From NCBI RefSeq assembly GCF_000315625.1, contig NW_005434659.1, positions 823,848 to 887,847 on the forward strand: a DNA stretch of 64,000 nucleotides. The letters run 5' to 3'. A model generated the notes under the pieces. It made no database searches. It saw nothing but the letters and a program-made list of their open reading frames with translations, and was not told the origin of the DNA. The position numbers and the translations under genes are program-made. Of the stretch, positions 52,774 through 63,586 are shown piece by piece (the stretch's first letter is position 1; each line of letters begins with the position of its first letter). This DNA is from Guillardia theta CCMP2712 (lineage: Eukaryota; Protista; Cryptophyta).

Positions 52774-53423
52774 ATGAAGGACTGTAATAAATGGTCAATT
52801 TGCTCAATGTTCTTATTGTATATGCATTTCGGACACATTGCTTTACGAATACATTGAAATTGTTTGGCAGGCTTATCAATGGCTTGTAAGATAGATTTAG
52901 CATCAAGTTCAAACCATGGTTCTGGACGGGAAGACTCATCAGTAAGGTGTGAGTTATAGATCTCAAATATAGCAACAATGTGAATGGAGTCCTGAACCCT
53001 TTTCAAGAGAGCCACATCAGCGATCTTGATTGCTCCATTAAATTCAAAGCGATGTTCAAGGTGAACAAAAGAATTATCTACTTCAGGAATATCCAAGTCA
53101 TATAGTATGGATTTACAATCCGAACACTTCCTGTACAGTGTGAAAGGGATGCCTTCTTCAAGGATATGCTTGATTGCTAATTTAGCATCTTTATGAACCT
53201 GTGATTCAGAGGGACAGTTATAGTAAGTACAAGGATCCGTTTCCTTGAAATGAGCAAAATGATGGATTCTCTTATCGCCTTTACGAAGAATAAGAGGTTT
53301 ATTGCAATCAGGACAGATATATTCATCCTTCTTGCTGGCAAATTTTGCTGGACAATATTTTCCAGATTTCTTGTGGATAGCTCCTGGATTATTGAATTTG
53401 TTTGACATTGATATATAATACAT
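52749..53423 (-). CDS. CoiA-like Zn-ribbon PD-(D/E)xK nuclease
   Basis: YICPDC...LILRKG..RIHHFAH, ESQVHKDAK, E..F....KIADV.......FEI..SH. Confidence 0.85.
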   Translation of the reverse strand: MYYISMSNKFNNPGAIHKKSGKYCPAKFASKKDEYICPDCNKPLILRKGDKRIHHFAHFKETDPCTYYNCPSESQVHKDAKLAIKHILEEGIPFTLYRKCSDCKSILYDLDIPEVDNSFVHLEHRFEFNGAIKIADVALLKRVQDSIHIVAIFEIYNSHLTDESSRPEPWFELDAKSILQAIDKPAKQFQCIRKAMCPKCIYNKNIEQIDHLLQSFIWHILKHS

Positions 53424-53502
53424 ATATCAATATATTTCTTAAATATGTTATCATTTCAATGTGGAGTTTTCTTATAGAATATAAAAAGTAAACTTCTAAA
53501 CT

Positions 53503-53742
53503 TTTTGAATATTCTCAATATATTTTTGTTACGAGGATGGTAAGGGTTATAGTAAGGTTTTAGACTGTCTGCTGGGCGCCCTACATCGGGGGGGGGGGGT
53601 GTCTCAGTGCTTAGGGGGTCTTATTTTGGATAAGGTATATATATACGTCATTGCTGTTTAAAGGGGGTCGAGCAGACACTCAATTGTCAATACTAGAAGT
53701 ATAGCATAGGATGATAAAGAGTTAGTAGGAGTACACTGAAAC
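53503..53742. repeat. About 240-bp direct repeat, copy 2
   Basis: Near-identical to 51364-51600. Confidence 0.95.
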
Positions 53743-54208
53743 CTCGACAATATGCTTGTAGGTAGGGGTCAGATGAGTGTTGTAAAAATTCCCAGAGGAG
53801 TTTATCGTCACGGTGATTTTTTGAAGAAGCAGATTTGAAGTAGAAAGAGTTGTGAGAGATGGGCGTAGAAGGAGTATCTAAGTTGAATGATTCTGGAGCG
53901 AGAGTCTTTATTAAGGGGGAAGGGTTGATCGAAGCAGGACCAATAAGGGAAGAGGAGTGAGTGATTGGATGAGTATTGTAATGTGAGGATGATGAGATGG
54001 TGTAGATCAAGAGAGAGAGGATTATGTAGGAAGTGGATGGAGTGAGGGTCAGAGATGTGGAACCTGAAATCGAGGTACGGTAGTTGAGTAGGATGTGAGG
54101 GTTATGTTGAGTGGCGCGTAGGATGGTGAGATATAGTTTAGAGACGATGGAGTGCTTAAGTTTGATATTGGAGAGTATATCATCATGTAGGAGTGTGAGG
54201 TCAATCAT
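53693..54208 (-). CDS. Hypothetical protein (island), runs into the repeat
   Basis: 171-aa ATG ORF rich in S/T/H/P. Confidence 0.4.
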   Translation of the reverse strand: MIDLTLLHDDILSNIKLKHSIVSKLYLTILRATQHNPHILLNYRTSISGSTSLTLTPSTSYIILSLLIYTISSSSHYNTHPITHSSSLIGPASINPSPLIKTLAPESFNLDTPSTPISHNSFYFKSASSKNHRDDKLLWEFLQHSSDPYLQAYCRGFSVLLLTLYHPMLYF

Positions 54209-54281
54209 ATTAGAGTTGATATAGATATATATATATACGGGAAAGTGTTAAATGGATATGTGTTGTGTAGGAGATGATCAT

Positions 54282-54590
54282 GTTTCCCCATGGCATTGGA
54301 AGGATACGAATAAGTTTCCCCATGGCATTGGAAGGATACGAATAAGATCACCCATGGCATGGGAGTGTACGAATAAGATCACCCATGGTATGGGAGGGTA
54401 CGATATGATCTTCCCATGGCATTGGGAGGATACGAATAAGATCACCCATGGCATGGGAGTGTACGAATAAGTTTCCCCATGGATATGTAATAGATAAGAT
54501 TTACCCATGGACATGTTAGATGAAGGATATTGTCAAGGAGGATATGAAAAAGGCGTGGGTGATGTAATGTAGGAATTACCCATGGACATG
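54282..54590. repeat. Tandem array of 30-33-bp units with a CCCATGG palindromic core
   Basis: Units start at 54282, 54314, 54346, 54377, 54407, 54440, 54471 and 54498; a degenerate one lies at about 54575. Confidence 0.92.
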
Positions 54591-54690
54591 TTATAGATAA
54601 GATCAAGGGATGGTGGAAGAAGGATGTGAAAAAATAAAAATATAGGAACATAGAAACATAGTAATGTGTGAAATAAGGGTAAGATCAAGA

Positions 54691-57600
54691 TTAGAGTGTG
54701 ATGGAGTTACCGCATTGAATGATGGAGAGATTATCGGGAGTGCGATGTATCTTGATGGATTCGTCAACATTTTCAAGGAGGAATTCAATGTGTGAGACGA
54801 GGATGACGGAGTCATAGAATTGCAATAGTTTGCGAAGGAAGTGTGGGACCATGGTGATGTTATTTTTATCGCAGCTGGTGAAGCCTTCATCAATCATGAA
54901 TTGCTTACAGGGCATATAATTATGAAAGCGTGTGAATGCCAAGCGAAGAGCGACAGAGATGATGAATTTTGGAATCCGGATGCGTTAAGGACGGATATAA
55001 GATTGCCATCATGTGTGCCAGGATGATCGTAGGAGCTCCTAATAAGCCAATGAACGATGAATCTAGCGGAGGATTCATTGGTGGTCGTCTTAGTTTTCGA
55101 GGATTCATTGCCAATAGTGTAATGAAGGGAGAAGGGGGCGGTATCACGATGGCAGGTGTATCTGATGATCTGATTAGTGAATGATACAATATGATTAAGG
55201 ACGTGAGTATCATATATCCATCTCTTATAATTTTTGAAGTTGTTGACAATGATCTTCAAGAGGTTAGCATCCTGTTGTACATTTTCAAAGGCCTTCGAGG
55301 TGATGAAGTACTGTTCCTTGAGGCGGTTGTGTGTCTCGATGCGTTCTTGAAGGCGTGCGTGGGAGATGTTGTGTTCATTGAATGCGTTCTGAGCCAGGTC
55401 AATCTGTTTCTTGAGGTTAAGCTTCTGTTGTTTCTTGATGTTGTGAAGGAGCTCAAGCCTCGTCTCAAATGCCCCAAGAGTGGGCAGGATGTCCTCGATG
55501 AGTGTCTTAGAGAGGACGATAGAGTGTAGCCTCCGGTACTCCTCCCAATCGTGGTATTGCGCCTTGAGTTTATCCAATCTCTGCTGTTTAGGGATGACAT
55601 TGGCGACATAGTTGTTCCAGGCATGTACGGACTGTATATCCCGATTCACCAGGTTAAGCTTGGAATCAAGGTTGAAGAAGGTGCGTTTCCATGTATCGAG
55701 TTGTTTCTCGAAGCGGCCACGGAGGAGCTTGTGATACAAGACAAACTCGTCATAATCATCCCATTGTTGAGCGAGATCGATGGTTTCAACCATGGTTTGA
55801 TATTTGGAGAGCCTGTCCTTAGATTCTTGTAGTTGTGTTTGGAGCTGCTGTTGTTTAGCCCTCAACCCATCCTTATCGTTCTGTAGGGAGAGGATCTTGT
55901 GGTTGGTATCTTCGATCTCGTTAGCGCACTTGTCATATTCGTCCCATTCCTTCTGTAGCTTACAATAGGACTTGTACTTGTCCTCATCGTATTGATCGAG
56001 CCATTCCTGTAGCTGTTCAAGTTCATCTTGAGTGTCCTCTTCATGATATTTCATAATGTACTTATTCAAGGCAGTCTGGTGTTTATTGAGAACCTTTTCA
56101 ATGGCCTTGATGTTGTTCTTGAGCTCAGCGATGCGTGCGACCCAGGGTTTAGAACGGCAGACGGTGCAATTAGGGTTGTATTCGTATTCCTTGTTATCTT
56201 CAAAGACGGAGAGCTCTTTTCGCAGGTGCTGTAGTTCTTGTTCATCCTGTTGGATAGACTGATGGTATTCTTGGAACTTGTCGAGTATCTTCTGTAGGCG
56301 CTTGATGTTCTTCTTAGCCTCGGAGACCTTAGTGCGGCCATAGTCGGATTGTATCATCTGAACATACCTTGTGACCTGATCAATGGAGACATTAGGTTTA
56401 TTGGAGACGACATGAGCATTGAGGTCTCTAAGTGTGTTGTTAAGAGAGGTAAGTTGTTGATCAACCTCGTTGAAGCGAGCATCAGTGTCTCTTAGTTGAC
56501 CCTTGAAGTCATCAATCTTTGCCTGACGTTTTTGAATGCGAGAGAGGAATGCTTCTTTGGTGAGGGTGATGGCATCGATATCAGGGCGTGGGGTGGTGGG
56601 TTTATGGACCACAGGGAGAACCGAGCAATGCGCAATGAAGTCATCAAGACTGCCATAGGATTGTAGGATGAGTGCTTGGACAGTGTCGAGGTCAATTTCA
56701 AGGGTCCAGAAGTTGGGTTAGGGGAGTATAAGAGGGTTTGGTGAGATGATGGTTCTTGATCTGTTGTTGAAGATCGTTGAGGGATGCCTGTAGAGATTCA
56801 AGATCATGAGAGGGTTGCTGAGGGATGCTGGATGGCAGTGATTTTTCNNNNNNNNNNNNNNNNNNNNNNNNNNNNNNNNNNNNNNNNNNNNNNNNNNNNN
56901 NNNNNNNNNNNNNNNNNNNNNNNNNNNNNNNNNNNNNNNNNNNNNNNCGCAGGGCTTGATGGGTGGTTGAACGAAGGAGTTATATGTTTCAAGCAGCGTA
57001 GGGTCATTCTGATATTCTTGATATAGTAGGTTAGGATCACTGCCAAGGAGTTGTGAGAGGATATTGTTTTTTTGTTTTGTAAGTTCGTTGTAATCTACAT
57101 GAAGGAGGTGAGGGTGCTGAGCATTGAATTCGTCTAGTTTCAGTTGCCAATCGATAGCAAGGAATTCATCAACGTGAGAGGGTCCCTGTGAGAAGATGGG
57201 TTGAACATTGATATCGATAGATTCATATTGNNNNNNNNNNNNNNNNNNNNNNNNNNNNNNNNNNNNNNNNNNNNNNNNNNNNNNNNNNNNNNNNNNNNNN
57301 NNNNNNNNNNNNNNNNNNNNNNNNNNNNNNCAGGGCAGCCATATTCGAGTTAGAAGCTGCTAGCTCAGCGGATGGTCCGGAAGCGTGAGAATCGAGNNNN
57401 NNNNNNNNNNNNNNNNNNNNNNNNNNNNNNNNNNNNNNNNNNNNNNNNNNNNNNNNNNNNNNNNNNNNNNNNNNNNNNNNNNNNNNNNNNNNNNNNNNNN
57501 NNNNNNNNNNNNNNNNNNNNNNNNNNNNNNNNNNNNNNNNNNNNNNNNNNNNNNNNNNNNNNNNNNNNNNNNNNNNNNNNNNNNNNNNNNNNNNNNNNNN

Positions 57601-59520
57601 GTTGGAGTCATTGGTTTGTGTGATCATGGATGTTCGTAGGAATTGGTTAAGAGTGCCAACGAGGGAGGGGAGAAGGTCTTTTTTGTTAGCGGCCTTAGAG
57701 GAGGTCTTTTGTACGAGATAAGGGACGGGTGTATAGTTAGGGTCAGAGAGGAACTNNNNNNNNNNNNNNNNNNNNNNNNNNNNNNNNNNNNNNNNNNNNN
57801 NNNNNNNNNNNNNNNNNNNNNNNNNNNNNNNNNNNNNNNNNNNNNNNNNNNNNNNNNNNNNNNNNNNNNNNNNNNNNNNNNNNNNNNNNNNNNNNNNNNN
57901 NNNNNNNNNNNNNNNNNNNNNNNNNNNNNNNNNNNNNNNNNNNNNNNNNNNNNNNNNNNNNNNNNNNNNNNNNNNNNNNNNNNNNNNNNNNNNNNNNNNN
58001 NTGCTTTTACCGAAAGCGTTAGGGGCGGAGATGGTGACGAGCTGATTATCGAGATTGTCGAAGTTGATCCAGGATTCGTGGGAGCCATAGCAGCAGATAT
58101 TGTGCCAGGAGACATATTTGACGGAGAAGGAGGGTGATAGGGTTGATTCAGGATGGAATTGTTGTATATCAAGGATGGATTTATTGATGATGGCATTGAT
58201 GCGTTCAACATGTGTATGTAGGATGGGAGGGAAGGACTGAGGTAGGAGTGTGAATTTGTAGAGGTCGGTGAACCAGTGTTGGAGTCGTTGTAGCATGTTA
58301 TGATTGAGTTGGAGTTGTTCAGTGCGAGTGTGGAAGTATTGAAGAAGCAAGGAGGTATCATTAAGATCAGAGACACTGATGTGAGTATTGAATGGGTTAT
58401 TGGGACCAGAGGATGTGGCATGGAGTGTAGGTTGTGGGAGCAATTCAGGGAGGAGTGTATCATCGCGGATGGAGTGAGAGATNNNNNNNNNNNNNNNNNN
58501 NNNNNNNNNNNNNNNNNNNNNNNNNNNNNNNNNNNNNNNNNNNNNNNNNNNNNNNNNNNNNNNNNNNNNNNNNNNNNNNNNNNNNNNNNNNNNNNNNNNN
58601 NNNNNNNNNNNNNNNNNNNNNNNNNNNNNNNNNNNNNNNNNNNNNNNNNNNNNNNNNNNNNNNNNNNNNNNNNNNNNNNNNNNNNNNNNNNNNNNNNNNN
58701 NNNNNNNNNNNNNNNNNNNNNNNNNNNNNNNNNNNNNNNNNNNNNNNNNNNNNNNNNNNNNNNNNNNNNNNNNNNNNNNNNNNNNNNNNNNNNNNNNNNN
58801 NNNNNNNNNNNNNNNNNNNNNNNNNNNNNNNNNNNNNNNNNNNNNNNNNNNNNNNNNNNNNNNNNNNNNNNNNNNNNNNNNNNNNNNNNNNNNNNNNNNN
58901 NNNNNNNNNNNNNNNNNNNNNNNNNNNNNNNNNNNNNNNNNNNNNNNNNNNNNNNNNNNNNNNNNNNNNNNNNNNNNNNNNNNNNNNNNNNNNNNNNNNN
59001 NNNNNNNNNNNNNNNNNNNNNNNNNNNNNNNNNNNNNNNNNNNNNNNNNNNNNNNNNNNNNNNNNNNNNNNNNNNNNNNNNNNNNNNNNNNNNNNNNNNN
59101 NNNNNNNNNNNCGGTGGTGAAACCAACATTATGTATTTGTAGTGTTTTGGTGGTATCGAGGATGTGAAGGTTGGGGACATCGAAAGCGATGGCGGAGACA
59201 AGGCAGGGTGATTCAGATTCTTCTTGTTTGATGTCATGGTTGCCAGGGATGACGATGACGAAGGTGATCTGAAGTAGTTTAGTGAGAAGGTCTTTGTAAA
59301 GGTCGAGTCCATAGCTGGAGGCGATGCCTTTGCTATCGAAGATATCACCAGTGATAACGATGATAGAGTTGTGTGGGGTGATGTGTGGTTTGTCGATGAA
59401 GACTTGATTGATGGAGTGAACAAGGTTATTAAAGACTTGTTTGTATTCATAATATCTGGAAGAGTGTATGTCACCCTTATGGATATGGATGTCGGAGATG
59501 TGGAAGATGTAATGAATCAT
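54691..59520 (-). CDS. Mre11(SbcD)-Rad50(SbcC) fusion nuclease/ATPase, giant-virus type (gapped; frameshift at about 54968)
   Basis: Phosphoesterase motifs HISDIH, ITGDIFD, PGNHD; Walker A APNAFGKS; coiled coil with Zn hook CTVC; signature ASGFQ; Walker B/D-loop MIDEGFTSCD; H-loop ILVSH. Confidence 0.92.
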
Positions 59521-59585
59521 AATGATCAGTTGAATAAGAAAGAATATGAGTTATATTCATTTTTATGAAATGTCTTTAAGTGTAT

Positions 59586-60015
59586 TGAACTTTAAAAGGA
59601 TATGATTGTTCAGTGATTGTATATAAAGCACATATGTGATGGCAGTAGATTATGATGATCAAGGTTAGTTTTAAAGGAACCCTAGATGGTATTTGTTAGA
59701 TTTATCAAAAAACCCTCTGAACTTTAAGGATATGATTGTTCGGTGATTGTATATAATCTAAAGCACATATGTGATGGCAGTAGATTATGATCAAGGTTAT
59801 TTTAAAGGAACCCCTAGGGGTTTAGTTTAGATTTATCAAAAACCCTCTGAACTTTAAGGGGGTATTTGTTCAGATCTATCAAAACCCTCTGAACATTCAG
59901 GGATGATTGTCCGGCCGCTCAGGAATGATGCGGAACATATGAGGGGTATTTGTTCATATTCGGAGAGATGGACCTCTGAACTTTTAGGGGGTATTTGTTC
60001 AGATCTATCAAAACT
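59586..60015. repeat. Nested tandem repeats (about 132-bp unit x2 plus shorter sub-repeats) at the island's right end
   Basis: tgaactttaa.gatatgattgttc..gcacatatgtgatggcagtagattatga occurs twice; agat[tc]tatcaaaa.cctctgaac occurs about four times. Confidence 0.9.
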
Positions 60016-60282
60016 CAGATTGGTCACGAATCACTACCCCTCTTATAGAGTATGGAAGTCCGCCTCAGGATCTCCGAGGCCTTGAATGAATGACAGAACG
60101 AAAATGTACCAGAGACATCGGGATGGCGGGGATCGGGGGAGGGAGGGAGGGAGGGAGGGACAAGGAAAGAGTGAAGTAGACTGAGTACCAAGGAGAAAGA
60201 GAGCTCAGGGGACAAGACGGCTGTGAGACATTGAAGCAAGAGTGAGGGAAGAAGAAGGATGCTTCTGTTGAGGTTCTGTGCA

Positions 60283-63200
60283 GAGGATGTGCAAGAATCC
60301 TTCACCGTCTTCGCCTCTCTCCATCCCGAGTCGCATCAGATGGGATGAGGTACGAGCTCCAGTGGCGAGGTTCTTGCTCTGACAACGGACTGCAGTTCTG
60401 CAGCCTGTGTAAGGGAGGGCAGCAGCTGATGGTGATACACGGGAATGTGTATGACGTGGGAGGATGGGTGCAGAAGCATCCGGGAGGAAGGTGACGCATG
60501 ATCTCTTGGATCAGAGTCAGGCTGCTCCTCTGACGACGATGGTCAGGTGCTCCTGGCCTATGTTGGGGAGGATGCGACCGACCCCTTCGAAGCATTTCAC
60601 CGCGACGACGACGCTATGAAGGTGAGAAGTTGTAGAGGGATAGAGGAAACTTGTGAGACAACTCGGACAGCATGAGATAACAGCGATGGTTCTGATTGCT
60701 CGAGGTGACTTTTGTGTTGATCAGAAATATCTGGTGGGGCTCAAAGTGTCTTCGTTGGTTGCCGACGACCAGGTCAGCGATGCTGTCCGGATCTTGTCAC
60801 GGACGAGAGGATCTGGTTGCTGAGGTTCTGAACGTGTCGCGCGCTCAGTCAAAGGAGAAAGATGGAGCGAGAAACAAGGAGCTGGAAGAAGACTTCCGAA
60901 AGCAAGGAGCGTGCGAGGAGGGGAGTGATGCTGACGGATGGAGCAGGCTGAGGTCGAGCTTGAAGGCAGCGGGAATGTACAAGGCGAACCCCTGGTAGGG
61001 ATGCTATTCTCCTGCTCCTCTGACATCCGTCGAGGTTCTACCTTGGGATGCTAGCGCACATTCTTGTGCTGGAGCTGCTGGCGTGGGCTGTGCTCAAGGT
61101 AGGAAGAGGAGGAGGTGAGGACGATGTCAAGTTCTGACATGTTCCTCAGCGGTTTGGAAGCGGATGGATCGCGTACATGGCAGCTGTCGTCCTGTTGACA
61201 ACAGCGCAGGCTCAAGTGAGATTCTGAGCCCTTCACTCCTCTCTGTTCGCTCCTTTGTCTCTCTCTTGCTCAAGCACGCTCATCGCAGGCGGGATGGCTT
61301 CAGCACGACCTCGGGCATCTTTCCGTGTTCAAGAGTGAGTCTTGTCGAAGTTGTCTGTGAGCTCGCGGTGACGCGCGACAGGTCGAAGTTTGAACCTCCT
61401 GGCTCATCGATTTGTTATCCTCCACTTGAAAGCGGCTTCTTCGGCATGGTGGAACTACAGGTAGAGAGGCTGTAATGAAGAGTGGGAGGGAGGGGGAGAC
61501 AGATGTATGTATGCACATGTATACATGTGAGATGTTGAGAGATGTGTGGAGGTCATGTGCAATGTTGAGAGATGTATGGAGGTCATGTGCAATGTTGAGA
61601 GATGTATGGAGGTCATGTAAGATGTTACTGCCAGGCATTACCTGCATCATGCAAAGCCGAACATTCAGGACACAGGTGGAGACGGTCGGCACGGGGGTCG
61701 GCTATGCTCTGACGAGGAGTGGTCAGATCCTGATATCAACATGCCGTACGTGTTTATGCTGGGCGAGTCCATGTCGAGACGGTAGGAGGGGAGAGGAGAG
61801 TCCGATTCCACTCAGCTGAGCCCTATGCTCGCTCACAGATGGGCCAAGAAGCAACGAGAAGGAAAAGTGAAGGGCTTTCTTCCTTATTCCCTGCAGCACC
61901 AGTACTGGTGAGAGAGATACGAGGGAAGGAGAAGGGAACAGGGCAGGGACGTGACGGGATGGGAGGAGGGGGGGAGGCGGGAAGGAGAAGGCGAGGGCGA
62001 CGGGGAGGGGAGGGAAAAGCTGAATAAGGCAGCGAGAAGAGAAGAACAGAGCAGGAGAGGAACACGGGGGTCATGGGACTGAACGGGAAGGGTGGAAGGT
62101 GGATCATCGGCCCTCCTCTGCTCCTTCCGATCTACTTCCACTACGAGAATCTGAGGTGACGGGGGGAGGAGGGGGAGGAGGGGGAGGGGAGAGGAGGGGA
62201 GAGGAGGAGGAGGGGAGAATGAGGAGCAGGTGGCTTCGGCGGCGGCAGAGGAGGAGGGTGCATGGCGAGAAGGAGAGGAAGGGGAGGAGGGAGGATATCT
62301 TATCTCTTGCAGATATGTCATTGGCAATGCGGTCTGGGGCAAGTCAGGGATGTGGAAAGATTCCTACGGCACCGAGAGATATCTGCGACAGCATCGGCGC
62401 TTCTTCTGGGAGGAGGTGAGATACGAGGAGGGGGAGGGCGGGGGAAGGAAGCTTGTGCGAAGGAGCGAGTGACTGTCTTACAGTTTCTTTGGATGGCTTC
62501 GTTTTTCATTCGCTGGCACTTGATGTATGGCCCGCTGCTGGGAGGGCTGTGGGGATGGTTCGGCCTGTACATGGTGACGTTCTCGTCCTCTCTTGATCTC
62601 TTTGGCCCTCCTCCTTCTCTTCATGCTGCTTCCTTGGCATCTTGTTCCTTCTTCTTGGACCTTCCTTGCTCCTCCTTTTGCATCTCCTCCTTCCCCCCCT
62701 TCATCTCTTTCTCTCCTCTCTCCTCTTTCCTTCCTCTCTCATCGTCTCGTTCAGACTGTTCGCGTCATCGAGTCCCACTGGTTCGTCTGGGTCACTCAGA
62801 TGAGTCACATCCCCATGAGGTTTGACACCCTCCCCACCCCACCCCCTCCCACTCTCCCTCCTTCCCTCCCCAGCAGGACCTCAGCTGTTGCCCTGCAGCA
62901 TCAGCAAGTTTGACGAGGCGGAGCATCACGACTGGCCGTCGCTCCAGCTCGCAGCCACCTGCAACGTGGAAGGAGGAGCGTTCAACGACTGGTTCACCGG
63001 TCACCTCAACTATCAGGTCTCCTCCCCCAGCCCCTCCCCCACCATGAACTTCTGATCGTTCCTCCCCTTCTTCCCTGTCGTTACCTCCCTGCTGTTACCT
63101 CCCTGCTGTTTTCCCTGCTGTTACCTCCCTGCTGTCGTTTCCTCCCTGCTGGTTTCCCTCACGTCTGCTTGCAGATCGAGCATCATCTGTTCCCCACCAT

Positions 63201-63555
63201 GCCTCGTCACAACTACCCAAAAGTCGCTCCGCTCGTGCGCGACCTCTTCGCCAAGCATGGCATGTGAGCACAAGGATGGAGAAAATGGAGGAGGAGGAGG
63301 AGGAGGAGGAGGAGGAGGAGGTGGTGGTGGTGGTGGTGGTGGTGACGGTGTTGGTGGGGTTTGGCGGGGACGTCAACGACGACGATGATGAGGATGGGGA
63401 GGCGAAGAGAGGAAGGGGTAGGAGGTCACGGGGGTTGCAGGAAGCACAAGTACGAGAGCAAGAAGCTGCTGCAGGCGTTCGGCGACATCCTCTCCTCGCT
63501 CGAGAGATACGGAAAGGTGAGGAGAAAGCGAAAGAGGCAGGCGGTTGAGCCCTGA
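60283..63555 (+). CDS. Front-end fatty-acid desaturase (cytochrome b5 fusion, delta-5/6/8 type), many exons
   Basis: VYDV..W...HPGG; His boxes [29 protein letters not shown]; [10 protein letters not shown] and [10 protein letters not shown]. Start uncertain. Confidence 0.93.
61532..61625. repeat. 30-bp intronic minisatellite x3
   Basis: atgttgagagatgtRtggaggtcatgtgca repeated. Confidence 0.9.
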
Positions 63556-63586
63556 GGCAGGCATGGGAGCACGCGTTCTATGAGAC

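Larger units (their letters stand above)
45486..60015. mobile_element. Endogenous giant-virus-like (NCLDV-related) island, partly decayed
   Basis: Abrupt switch to AT-rich, intronless, closely packed ORFs of NCLDV-typical families (AEP/UL9 helicase, RING, CoiA-like, Mre11-Rad50 fusion) between two intron-rich host genes. Boundaries approximate; no capsid, PolB or integrase seen. Confidence 0.8.

Noticed and set aside
54282-54590. CRISPR array
   Set aside because: Units are contiguous with no unique spacers, and there are no cas genes.
1-59520. DNA-PKcs plus Mre11-Rad50 as a repair gene cluster
   Set aside because: They are 48 kb apart, of different origin and separated by unrelated genes; likely coincidence.
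45400-60050. Polinton/virophage or Fanzor/TnpB element
   Set aside because: No pPolB, integrase, capsid, packaging ATPase, RuvC motifs or terminal inverted repeats recognised.
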